Of a stretch of 64,000 nt of DNA, positions 10,339 to 19,077 are shown in pieces. Source of the stretch: a virus; the IMG/VR virus record IMGVR_UViG_3300032287_003622, positions 70,933 through 134,932 of that record. One strand, given 5' to 3'. The notes under the pieces are model-generated. The model was not told where the DNA came from, made no database searches, and saw nothing but the letters and a program-made list of their open reading frames with translations. The translations under genes and the position numbers were made by a program. Every line of letters starts with the position of its first letter. Positions within the stretch are counted from its first letter, which is position 1.

Positions 10339-11662
10339 ACCAGCTTTTCAGTGAAGGGAAAGTTTCTGCAAAGTTTTTGTTTCTGCGTTGATCGTATTGT
10401 GTGTAAAACTGTCGGAAGTCATTGAGCAGTTTTGGCTTATCAAAAGCTTCGCTGTGTGGAGTCTTGACCTGATCCAAATAATTTATCAAACGTTCAGTGT
10501 GACGGATTTCGTGTTCGTGCATGTAGTCCTGACCACGATGTTGATCCAACCATGCTGTCAAGCGTTGTGCATAATCTTGCTTGATAGACTCAGGCAAGAC
10601 CAAGGCACTTTGGAAACTGGGGAATCGCAGTATATTCAATGTAAAGTTCACACGATCTCGGCCATACACTTTCTTTAGTCTGATCAGTTGATCCAAGAAT
10701 GTATCCAAACTGTCCAAGCACAGGGCATTGATGGTGGCCATACAATGCACAGCTCGTATGTGTTCATGTTCTAATAGCTCTTGGACATTGTGCATCCATA
10801 AGTCGTAGTCCAGACCATCTCTGATGTATTCAGCTTGGGCACCATAGGCTTCATTGCTGGTATAGATCTCCACGTGTGGAATATCCTTCAATGCATCTCT
10901 AAACTCAAACAAGCGCAACCGATCCATGCCCAAGTTGCTGTTGATAGCCAATCTTGTTTGACTCCGTCCCTTGTTGGCTTTGAACCAGTCAATCAGTTTC
11001 CACAGTTCTCCACTCATGGTGGGCTCACCTCCGGTGATTCTCAGTTCTTGCAAGGTCCGATGTAGATCACTTTCCCACCAGGCAAAGAAAGCTTCAACAT
11101 AGGGATTGGTTTCTCCAAAACGATACAGTTGACTGGCTCCGTGCTCGTGCGTGAAATGATTACGACCATCACTGACCAGATCCTGATAAGGGCCATTATT
11201 CTTGATGTCTCGGACCCAGGTGCTAGAAAAAGCCGGATTACAATAGCTACATGCAAACTGACAAGTGCGATCAAAGGCAATTTCAAGAGTGCGTAAATCC
11301 ACGTCTTCTGCAGGCGGTGTCTTATAGGCTCGATCCAAGGCCTCAATGGGATATATTTTACTTTTGTAAACACGATCACTTACAGCATCTACACCCATGT
11401 CTTCGATTTTCCAGCAGTATTCACAGCCGGCAGGACGTTGGCCTTCCTGCATCATTTTGCGTTCTTTTTTCTTTAGATAGGTATTGTGCAAGGCTCGTGG
11501 ATTTTTTTCTACATCTGCTACTTCAACTCTGTGTGCCGGAGGATGATGACAGCTTGTGGTTTGTCCGCTGCCCAACCATATGGTAGCATTGTACCATTTG
11601 GCTGCACAGAAACTGGCACTTTTAGTATCAAGGATCTGACGTCTAAACTCTAGGTCATTCAT
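10319..11662 (-). CDS. Radical SAM protein with N-terminal twitch-like domain
   Basis: CAAKW..SCHHP..CEYCW; CQFACSYC; TGGEP; EYIRDG. Confidence 0.9.
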   Translation of the reverse strand: MNDLEFRRQILDTKSASFCAAKWYNATIWLGSGQTTSCHHPPAHRVEVADVEKNPRALHNTYLKKKERKMMQEGQRPAGCEYCWKIEDMGVDAVSDRVYKSKIYPIEALDRAYKTPPAEDVDLRTLEIAFDRTCQFACSYCNPAFSSTWVRDIKNNGPYQDLVSDGRNHFTHEHGASQLYRFGETNPYVEAFFAWWESDLHRTLQELRITGGEPTMSGELWKLIDWFKANKGRSQTRLAINSNLGMDRLRLFEFRDALKDIPHVEIYTSNEAYGAQAEYIRDGLDYDLWMHNVQELLEHEHIRAVHCMATINALCLDSLDTFLDQLIRLKKVYGRDRVNFTLNILRFPSFQSALVLPESIKQDYAQRLTAWLDQHRGQDYMHEHEIRHTERLINYLDQVKTPHSEAFDKPKLLNDFRQFYTQYDQRRNKNFAETFPSLKSWYESIQV

Positions 11663-12722
11663 GGAAATAGTGTTTTTTTATAAATTGTTTGAATCGTTTT
11701 GGGAATTCATGCCGGACCTTGACTCTCATGTCGGCAAGATGTTGCTGATTGTATTTACATACATTGTCACAATCCTCAAGGAAAGCTGCCAGATCCTGAT
11801 TACATAAGTCTTCTACTATGACAGCAGTTCGTTGTAATCTGTCTTGATTGTTGTCAATGAGATCAAAACTTTCATCTATGACCTGACCAAATGTTCGAAA
11901 TCCCATGTTGTGCATGTCTCTGTAAAAACCTCGATTGGCCACAGCTATCCAAGGATGACCCATGGCTATGGGTTTCCAGATTTTTTCAGTTCTAAAACTG
12001 TAGGGGTAATCATACACGGTTTCTGTGACCAAGCTGAAATAGGTGTCAAGATAAGGTTGAGCTTTGAGATAAATCTCGCCCCATAGGCCACCAAAACGTT
12101 GATATTTAACGAATCCATGGTTGTCTATTACGGTATCAGCAAAATGATCAAATTCATATTTTTTGTCTAGTATTTTCAAGGGACCGGCGGCACTGTCAAG
12201 GTTGGTCCAAATACATTGATCCAACAGACCGTGCAATCTCGACAACAGGTATTTTCTGTGAGGTCTATTGCGTCCATTGAGAAACAAAAGTTTATAGGGT
12301 CTAACAAGTCCTTGTTGTTTTTTGTATTCATCGATGGCCTGTAGATTTTCCTCATAGTCCAATATCTTGGGCAGAAAGCTGTCATACTGTAAACAGGGCC
12401 ATGCTGGATCCATATCGCCGCCGCCAATCAATAGAATTGTTCCGGACTTGACCCAAGGTTCTATGCCATACATGGCACAATGACGTGCCAGAGTTTCTGA
12501 GCCTTCGGCAGGATTACTTAAAATAACCTGTATCACTTTTTGAGAAACCAGATTCTTGATCAAATCAATGTGTTGGGTAAATTGCGCACGGCCAATCAAA
12601 TATACTGCGCCTGGCACTATGTGGTGTTGATCCAGGTTCCAAAATTCTGCATCAGCCCATGGTCGCAACAGGTCGTATACTTCACAGAATGTATCCAACA
12701 CCAGTTTACGATTGCCTAGCAT
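11655..12722 (-). CDS. 'ET...TEK' family glycosyltransferase-like protein (start revised to 12722)
   Basis: LNGRNRPHR; LVTETVY...RTEKIWKPIAMGHPW...GFRTF...IDESFD. Confidence 0.6.
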   Translation of the reverse strand: MLGNRKLVLDTFCEVYDLLRPWADAEFWNLDQHHIVPGAVYLIGRAQFTQHIDLIKNLVSQKVIQVILSNPAEGSETLARHCAMYGIEPWVKSGTILLIGGGDMDPAWPCLQYDSFLPKILDYEENLQAIDEYKKQQGLVRPYKLLFLNGRNRPHRKYLLSRLHGLLDQCIWTNLDSAAGPLKILDKKYEFDHFADTVIDNHGFVKYQRFGGLWGEIYLKAQPYLDTYFSLVTETVYDYPYSFRTEKIWKPIAMGHPWIAVANRGFYRDMHNMGFRTFGQVIDESFDLIDNNQDRLQRTAVIVEDLCNQDLAAFLEDCDNVCKYNQQHLADMRVKVRHEFPKRFKQFIKKHYFHE

Positions 12723-14055
12723 GATACTCGCATTCCTGCCACCAAGCACGCATTTCTGGAAAGGTCTTTAAAAAATCTGTGGCGCGGCGGCGGTCATGTT
12801 CGGCAAAGAATCTATAGAAGTCGGCTTTGTTCTTGTTTAGGTATTCTGCGGATAACTTTTGACCATCACGCATCCAGGCAATGTCTCTATCAAGTCTAGC
12901 AAGCTCGTAATCTTTAAATCCGTGGAACGGATCGTCTTCACGTTCAATTTGTCTGATCATCCATGCCCACAATTGTTCAAGCTGATCCACATAACTTTCT
13001 GGAAGCAGTTGCAAACTTTGCCAAGTGGGTTGTCGTAACACCGGTGTATCAAACCATACACGCTGATAAGTTTTACTATATAATTTTCTCAGTCCCAATA
13101 TGCCAGCAAATAAGTGCGGAAGACCGGTTACACTTAAATTGTTCATGGTAACAATAAAAGTAACCGAGTTACGACCTGGAATGTCTGTCAAGAATTGGTT
13201 AACACGATCCCATAAGAGATCAAAGTCCAGGCCGTGTCTAATGTATTCGGCTTGGTCGCCAAAGCTATCTAAACTAACAAACTGCATAAAGTGTTCAATC
13301 TTCTCGCCTTCACACAACTGTTTGACATAGCCTTTGTATTTTTGCCAAGACTTCTCATCAACACTGAAGTTGCTGGTCACATTCAAGTGCAAATCGGGCT
13401 TGGGATTGGCCAGCACCCAGTCAAACACACGATAAGTGTTCTTGTCCAACATGGGCTCACCCCCGGTCATGCGGAAGTGCTTGAGTTCTGGATACAAGTC
13501 GGGCCACCATGACCAGAAAGCATCTACATAGGGATTGTGCTCACGAACAGGTATAGGACAGCGACGGCCTACAAAATGACTGGGATCATTGTGCGTAGTT
13601 GTGGTAGGATATCCACCGTGGGATTCAACTTCTTGTTGCCAGGTGCTCGAAAACTGCGGACTGCAATAGCTACAAGCAAGATTACAAGCATGATTAAAAT
13701 TGACTTCAACATAACTAGGGATAACATCTTCTTCTCCATTTGAATTTACTATAACATCAAAGTCCTTGGCGGCCCAGGGCTCACCCGATCGATAGTGTCG
13801 ATCGCTTAATTTATTGTTATCTTCCATGGCCCAACAGTAGCCGCACTCACTAGGGCGTTCTTGCTTGAGCATGATCTTACGTTGTTCTTTCTTGTAAGGA
13901 GTGTTGTGTAGTGCGCCTGGATTATCTTTTAACAAGTCTGCGTCTATAGCGTGTAATGGCGGATGGTAACACGAGTTGTTGAGCCCAGTAGGCAAGTGCA
14001 GGCTTACTTGTTTCCACTTAGCAAGGCAGAGAGCATGACCTAACTGCTCTTTCAT
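12706..14055 (-). CDS. Radical SAM protein with N-terminal twitch-like domain
   Basis: CLAKW..SCYHP..CGYCW; CNLACSYC; TGGEP; VSLDS..AEYIRHG; close paralog of 10319-11662. Confidence 0.9.
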   Translation of the reverse strand: MKEQLGHALCLAKWKQVSLHLPTGLNNSCYHPPLHAIDADLLKDNPGALHNTPYKKEQRKIMLKQERPSECGYCWAMEDNNKLSDRHYRSGEPWAAKDFDVIVNSNGEEDVIPSYVEVNFNHACNLACSYCSPQFSSTWQQEVESHGGYPTTTTHNDPSHFVGRRCPIPVREHNPYVDAFWSWWPDLYPELKHFRMTGGEPMLDKNTYRVFDWVLANPKPDLHLNVTSNFSVDEKSWQKYKGYVKQLCEGEKIEHFMQFVSLDSFGDQAEYIRHGLDFDLLWDRVNQFLTDIPGRNSVTFIVTMNNLSVTGLPHLFAGILGLRKLYSKTYQRVWFDTPVLRQPTWQSLQLLPESYVDQLEQLWAWMIRQIEREDDPFHGFKDYELARLDRDIAWMRDGQKLSAEYLNKNKADFYRFFAEHDRRRATDFLKTFPEMRAWWQECEYHARQS

Positions 14056-14092
14056 TTCTTCTGCTGAACTTAAAAATTTTGATTTTGTAATT

Positions 14093-14992
14093 TTAAAATC
14101 TCTTTTCTGGCCAAACAGTAGACCATTCTTTCATGTCGTAGGGTTGTTCTTTTGACATAACTTTTTTATCATACTCTAGTGCCCACTGCACAGTATCTTC
14201 ACTTAGTTGTATCTCTGTTAAAACTTTTTGCAGATATTCTAAATGTTCAGCTGGAGTAGGATGAGGATCTGTGCGTATAAGACGTTTATCTAATTTAAAA
14301 TGTCCGTTAATTTCGTTCCAAATATTAGATTTGATACCTTTAAAATTCTGAACTATAAAATCTTTCCAACTTGGCCAGCTTGGACCTTCTAAATTTGCAT
14401 AAGACTGTTTCCAGTGGCTCCAGTCTACGTGTCCGGGTCTGCTATACCAATCCTTATTAAAGATTACTTCATACACACTAGGACGTATCATTTCAAATTC
14501 AGACTGATACAGGTCTATAATTTGCTGATCAAAATTATATTCACGACAGTCTTCAATGTCTATGTTATTGTCATGATATGTAAAAGGCACCATGGATAAA
14601 AAATACCAACGACATCCAATGGATTTTAATAAAGTAACTGTGGCAGATACTATAGACAAGTCTCTAATAAGATAACCAGTGGGATCTACATACTGTTCAA
14701 TATAGTCTGGAGTATAATCAGTTCTACCATACACGCTGCCTTCTAATTGCCAATTGCCGTTGATCCATCTGTCGTCGCGAGTAATACCAGACCACATGAT
14801 AATTACAGTATCATCTTTGTTAATTTGCCGACGCTTAACACATTCGGTCAATGAATTTAATATGAATAAATTACCGCCGCCATTCATGCCCCAATTTTCA
14901 AATTGATCGAATTCGCTTCCTACTATGTCAGCCCATGTGGGCCAACAATAATTGGTAAAACTACAACCAAAAGTAAACAGTCTATTATTCAT
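14093..14992 (-). CDS. SGNH/GDSL-like hydrolase or acyltransferase
   Basis: LFTFGCSFT (block I-like), NWGMNGGGN (block II-like), DPHPT (block V-like). Confidence 0.6.
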   Translation of the reverse strand: MNNRLFTFGCSFTNYCWPTWADIVGSEFDQFENWGMNGGGNLFILNSLTECVKRRQINKDDTVIIMWSGITRDDRWINGNWQLEGSVYGRTDYTPDYIEQYVDPTGYLIRDLSIVSATVTLLKSIGCRWYFLSMVPFTYHDNNIDIEDCREYNFDQQIIDLYQSEFEMIRPSVYEVIFNKDWYSRPGHVDWSHWKQSYANLEGPSWPSWKDFIVQNFKGIKSNIWNEINGHFKLDKRLIRTDPHPTPAEHLEYLQKVLTEIQLSEDTVQWALEYDKKVMSKEQPYDMKEWSTVWPEKRF

Positions 14993-15007
14993 ATCATATT
15001 ATTATAC

Positions 15008-15015
15008 TATAAATA
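15008..15015 (+). promoter_or_regulatory. T4-type late promoter TATAAATA
   Basis: Exact T4 late consensus 27 nt upstream of the 15043 gene in a divergent intergenic gap. Confidence 0.5.
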
Positions 15016-15042
15016 TTTCCACGATACAAGAATAATCCACAC

Positions 15043-16188
15043 GTGAATGCAAAAATCCTAGCCAGAGCACCATTTGATCAATGGACTTTTGACTTTTTTT
15101 CTGAATGCGTTCCAATGATCCCGGAGCAGTCAGATGTATATTATGTTTGGTCAGACCCTGCAGAAAACATTGGACCTATTTTGAATGGTTTGGAATACAA
15201 CAATGCCAACGTTTTTATATTTATACCCGAAGATCTTAACTTATACGACTTTAATCCCTGGACTGAATCAATTACCATGGGTGTTCGTGCCATACTTGAA
15301 ATTGTGAATCGGCACCTAGATAAAAAATTTGTAATAATTACTGATGTTATTGACCTACAGCAAGAAATTAAAAATGTGTCAAATTTGCGTGTGGTCCAAA
15401 CTGAATTTATAACAACCGAACACGAGCAGTATCAACACCTTCCAGCAGTGGCAGATAAAAATTTTAATTCAGACAAGAGCTATATTTTTCTTAACAATAG
15501 GCCAGCTGCGCACAGAGTATCTGCTGTAGGTTATCTATTATATCACGGTTGGGACAAACACGGGCTGATAACTATAAGCAAGTTTTTTCACGATCACGTA
15601 AACAAATATGAGTCATATTTAGATTTTGTAGGATGGCAATTTAGTCCAGAACAAGAATCAACGATCAAACCAATTTTGTTAGATGGGTTTAAGCAATTAC
15701 AAACATATCCCAATTACAATGACGAATATGTAAAAATTGCACATCAAAATGTTAACAATTATCAACAACATCTTATACCAAGATATCAAAATAGTTTTGT
15801 TGAAATTGTCCCTGAAACTTATTTTGCGGAACCATCCAGTATGCTTACAGAAAAAACTCTCAACAGTGTGTATGGTTGTAATTTTCCTATTTTCCTGGCC
15901 ACACCAAATCTAGTAGGGTATCTAAGAAATTTAGGACTAGACATGTTTGATGATGTAATAGACCATAGCTATGATCAATTGACTAATGTGTTTGACCGTA
16001 TGACCCAAGCACTCAAACTTAACCAGCGCCTGTTAGTTGATGTTGATTATGCCAAATCTTGTTGGCAAGCAAATCAGCAAAGATTTTTAAAAAATGTAGA
16101 CTTTGTGAGGCACAGTATGTATAAAACAATTCATCAACGGGCCAGAGATCAATTCAAGTCAGCGGTGGAGTGGGTAAATGCCAATTGA
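15043..16188 (+). CDS. 'ET...TEK' family glycosyltransferase-like protein, inverted relative to neighbours
   Basis: LNNRPAAHR; IVPETYF...LTEKTLNSVYGCNFPIF...LRNLGLDMFDDVIDHSYD. Confidence 0.6.
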   Translation: MNAKILARAPFDQWTFDFFSECVPMIPEQSDVYYVWSDPAENIGPILNGLEYNNANVFIFIPEDLNLYDFNPWTESITMGVRAILEIVNRHLDKKFVIITDVIDLQQEIKNVSNLRVVQTEFITTEHEQYQHLPAVADKNFNSDKSYIFLNNRPAAHRVSAVGYLLYHGWDKHGLITISKFFHDHVNKYESYLDFVGWQFSPEQESTIKPILLDGFKQLQTYPNYNDEYVKIAHQNVNNYQQHLIPRYQNSFVEIVPETYFAEPSSMLTEKTLNSVYGCNFPIFLATPNLVGYLRNLGLDMFDDVIDHSYDQLTNVFDRMTQALKLNQRLLVDVDYAKSCWQANQQRFLKNVDFVRHSMYKTIHQRARDQFKSAVEWVNAN

Positions 16189-17198
16189 ATTTGTTGATTG
16201 GTAAGATTTCTAAATGTATAATAGTTGTGATCTAGTATTGACTGCATGTCTATTAAACTGTTATGAAGTTCTTGAACCGTCCACAAACTTATAGTTTTTA
16301 GCACCTGTTCAATCATGCGAATTCTATCTCCTTCGCAATAATCGTCATAGTTTTCGTCCCAATAATCATTGAATGTTTTAAATCCTAAACGGCGTAGATT
16401 TTGTAAGTATTCAAAATTAGACATGACTATAAAAGGCCTACGGGCTAGTATGGGTCTCCAAATTTTTTCTGTAGGCAAAAAACAACGCCCTGATGCATTT
16501 GGTTCACATACTATATCAACAAAAATTTTGTTGTAATACTGTAACAAATTTAAATTAGCAGGATGTTGTATAGGATAATAACTGTTGACATGCTGAAACA
16601 AAGAATCAGAATAATCACGATTTTTTAAAAATTCAAGATCTAAAGTTCTTGGGCAAGTGGTTAAAAACTTTGCCGATTCTGACACTATGTTGCAACCAAA
16701 TTGAAAAAGATCATCCAATCCCAAATAACCATTGGCATTATAGTTTTCTCGTGTCGGATCATAATGATAAGTTTGTAAAGTTTTATTTTTATGTTGGGTA
16801 TCTAGGATGGTAGCAATCCATAATCTAAACCAATTGCTCCGACTCACAAAGTTTGCAAAGTGCCAACCGGGATGCGTATGGTTGCTGATTACTTTATCTT
16901 TTGCCCAGTGGTTAATCTCATCAATTTCATACCAATAATTAGAATCAAACACCACTCGGTAATGATCATGTTGCTCTAGAGCATTGGCAGTTCGCACAGT
17001 GATATGTTGTTTGTTATATCCTGTTGATCCGCAAAATTCATCCAGTAGTCTATACAAGCCCAGGGCTTCTGCACAACTTCCTTCGGGCCCAAAATCAATG
17101 ACCGCAGGCAGATTTTTTGCCTGGTGATGATGCAAATAGGAAATCACAAGATCCTTACGCCAAATTTTCCTGTCAAGCGTTTGTACACTCAAGGTCAT
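16149..17198 (-). CDS. 'ET...TEK' family glycosyltransferase-like protein (start revised to 17198)
   Basis: ATGA overlap; DIVCEP...PTEKIWRPILARRPFIVM...LRRLGFKTFNDYWDENYD. Confidence 0.6.
   Translation of the reverse strand: MTLSVQTLDRKIWRKDLVISYLHHHQAKNLPAVIDFGPEGSCAEALGLYRLLDEFCGSTGYNKQHITVRTANALEQHDHYRVVFDSNYWYEIDEINHWAKDKVISNHTHPGWHFANFVSRSNWFRLWIATILDTQHKNKTLQTYHYDPTRENYNANGYLGLDDLFQFGCNIVSESAKFLTTCPRTLDLEFLKNRDYSDSLFQHVNSYYPIQHPANLNLLQYYNKIFVDIVCEPNASGRCFLPTEKIWRPILARRPFIVMSNFEYLQNLRRLGFKTFNDYWDENYDDYCEGDRIRMIEQVLKTISLWTVQELHNSLIDMQSILDHNYYTFRNLTNQQIQLAFTHSTADLN
16422..16472. repeat. 51-bp exact direct repeat, copy 1
   Basis: catgactataaaaggcctacgggctagtatgggtctccaaattttttctgt, identical at 19301-19351. 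Confidence 0.9.
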
Positions 17199-18034
17199 TT
17201 TAGTTTGACGTTTTCTAAATGTATCAATTTGGATTGAGTATCTTGCACTGTAGGGCACATGGCACAGACCGATGCAGGACGGCCAAAATTGTGTAAAAAA
17301 TTTTCTAATTCTTGATCAGAACAATCCGGTCCTATGCCATTTTGCAAATACGGTTGCCATAGTTCCCAATTTGGACGACCAAATCTTTCCAATGTTTCTC
17401 TAAGTAGTCCGCTGGTGCTGCATTTATAAATGCGACCGTTGTATAACAAAGGACAAGTTTGTTGGCAACAAATAGAAAATGCCTGTGCAGGGTCGCTAGT
17501 ATGCGGCCGCATATCCTGATAGGTGCCTTGGAAGGTCTTCCAGAAAATGTCAGGTCTGCGCACATGAAATCTAAAATTATTATCAGTGCGTAAGCGATTG
17601 ACTCCGTGTTCTGTCACCGGTTGCCAATTGTACATGTTTAATATTCTTTGTATAACTTGTTCTAACTGTTCATCGTGTTGATGCACAGCCACTTTAAAAA
17701 CACAATTGCCAATTTCATGTAATAGTTCTACAATATCAAAGTTTTTTTCCAACAACAATCCATTGGTTGTAAATCTAATTTGCGTTGTGGGCATAAGTTC
17801 ACGTAACCCAACAATCCAATCACGTATGCGAGGATTCATCAATGGCTCACCACCTAATATGCCAAAGTCAGGAAGGTCAACACGGGCCAACCACGACTCT
17901 AGTTGCGCTCTTCCTTCTGCCCAGGTTAAGTATCCAGCATGTTTTAAATCGCTATAGTTTGTACAGCCTGTGCAACTGAGATTACACGCCTGTGTGACCA
18001 TAATCTCAATAAAAGGAAGAACTGGTTTTGTCAT
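17195..18034 (-). CDS. Radical SAM protein with C-terminal Cys cluster
   Basis: CNLSCTGC; LGGEP; TTNGLL; C-terminal ICCQQTC..YKC..CAMC. Confidence 0.85.
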   Translation of the reverse strand: MTKPVLPFIEIMVTQACNLSCTGCTNYSDLKHAGYLTWAEGRAQLESWLARVDLPDFGILGGEPLMNPRIRDWIVGLRELMPTTQIRFTTNGLLLEKNFDIVELLHEIGNCVFKVAVHQHDEQLEQVIQRILNMYNWQPVTEHGVNRLRTDNNFRFHVRRPDIFWKTFQGTYQDMRPHTSDPAQAFSICCQQTCPLLYNGRIYKCSTSGLLRETLERFGRPNWELWQPYLQNGIGPDCSDQELENFLHNFGRPASVCAMCPTVQDTQSKLIHLENVKLK

Positions 18035-19077
18035 ATTTTTATCCAGCGGTTGTTAGCCAAAGTCCAATTTACTACTTGTGCTATTCTATCTTGTAGTCTA
18101 AATTGTGGGTGCCAACCCAGATCGAGCATGTATTCCCCACTGAGTGCATAACGCAAGTCATGTCCAGGGCGACTACTGTGAAAGTCTACCAATTGATAAT
18201 TCAATGGTTTGCCTATAACTTGTGCTATGGTCTGTGCCAAAGTCAAATTATCAATTTCCTCGGGCCCCACCAGATTAAACTTAGGGCATTTGGCGCCGCC
18301 AAAATCTTGCGGTAACATTAATAGATCCAAAGCAAGAATAAACATGACACCGGCAGCCACATCCTCGGCATGGATATAATGTCTTGACCCGGCCACCGTG
18401 CGTTCTTTGTTGGAATGTATCAGCACTTCTTCACCGGCCTGTATTCTACGAATGCACAACGGGACAAATTTTTCTGGATGCTGACGTTCGCCGAACACAT
18501 TCATGGTGTGCGTTATCACGATAGGCAAGTTATAAGTGTTTTCAAAAGCCACACACATTTCTTCACCGGCTGCTTTGCTGGCCGAGTAGGGATTTGTTGA
18601 GTTGTAGCGATCCCTTTCGGAATAGGCCACTCCAATGGGCGCTGGGCCGAATATTTCGTCCGTGCTAAAATAAACAAATTTTTCCAGGGCAGGTTGAGTT
18701 CTGGCAAACTGTAATAAGTTTACTGTTCCTACAACATTGTCCATAACAAATTCCATGGGACGGGCTATGCTGCGATCAACATGGCTACTGGCTGCCAGAT
18801 GCAGGATATAATCAACCGGACCGATGTCGGCCGACAACATAGAATTGATTTCGGCTCGCAGGTCATGATATATCACACGCACTCGGGCTCGATCCTGTGG
18901 AGAGAATTCCATCATGATATCCTGCAAGCGGTTGAGGTTTCCGCTGAAATCCAGTCGATCCAAACTGATCACCGACCAATCAGTGTGTCGTATGATATGT
19001 GCTATCATGTGATGGGCTATAAAACCGGCACCGCCAGTGACAAGAACTGTTTTAGATTTTTTTAATATTGGTTGCAT
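18031..19077 (-). CDS. rmlB: dTDP-glucose 4,6-dehydratase-like NDP-sugar dehydratase
   Basis: VTGGAGFIA, HLAASSHVDRSI, STDEIFG, PYSASK, RPGHDLRYAL. Confidence 0.85.
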   Translation of the reverse strand: MQPILKKSKTVLVTGGAGFIAHHMIAHIIRHTDWSVISLDRLDFSGNLNRLQDIMMEFSPQDRARVRVIYHDLRAEINSMLSADIGPVDYILHLAASSHVDRSIARPMEFVMDNVVGTVNLLQFARTQPALEKFVYFSTDEIFGPAPIGVAYSERDRYNSTNPYSASKAAGEEMCVAFENTYNLPIVITHTMNVFGERQHPEKFVPLCIRRIQAGEEVLIHSNKERTVAGSRHYIHAEDVAAGVMFILALDLLMLPQDFGGAKCPKFNLVGPEEIDNLTLAQTIAQVIGKPLNYQLVDFHSSRPGHDLRYALSGEYMLDLGWHPQFRLQDRIAQVVNWTLANNRWIKI

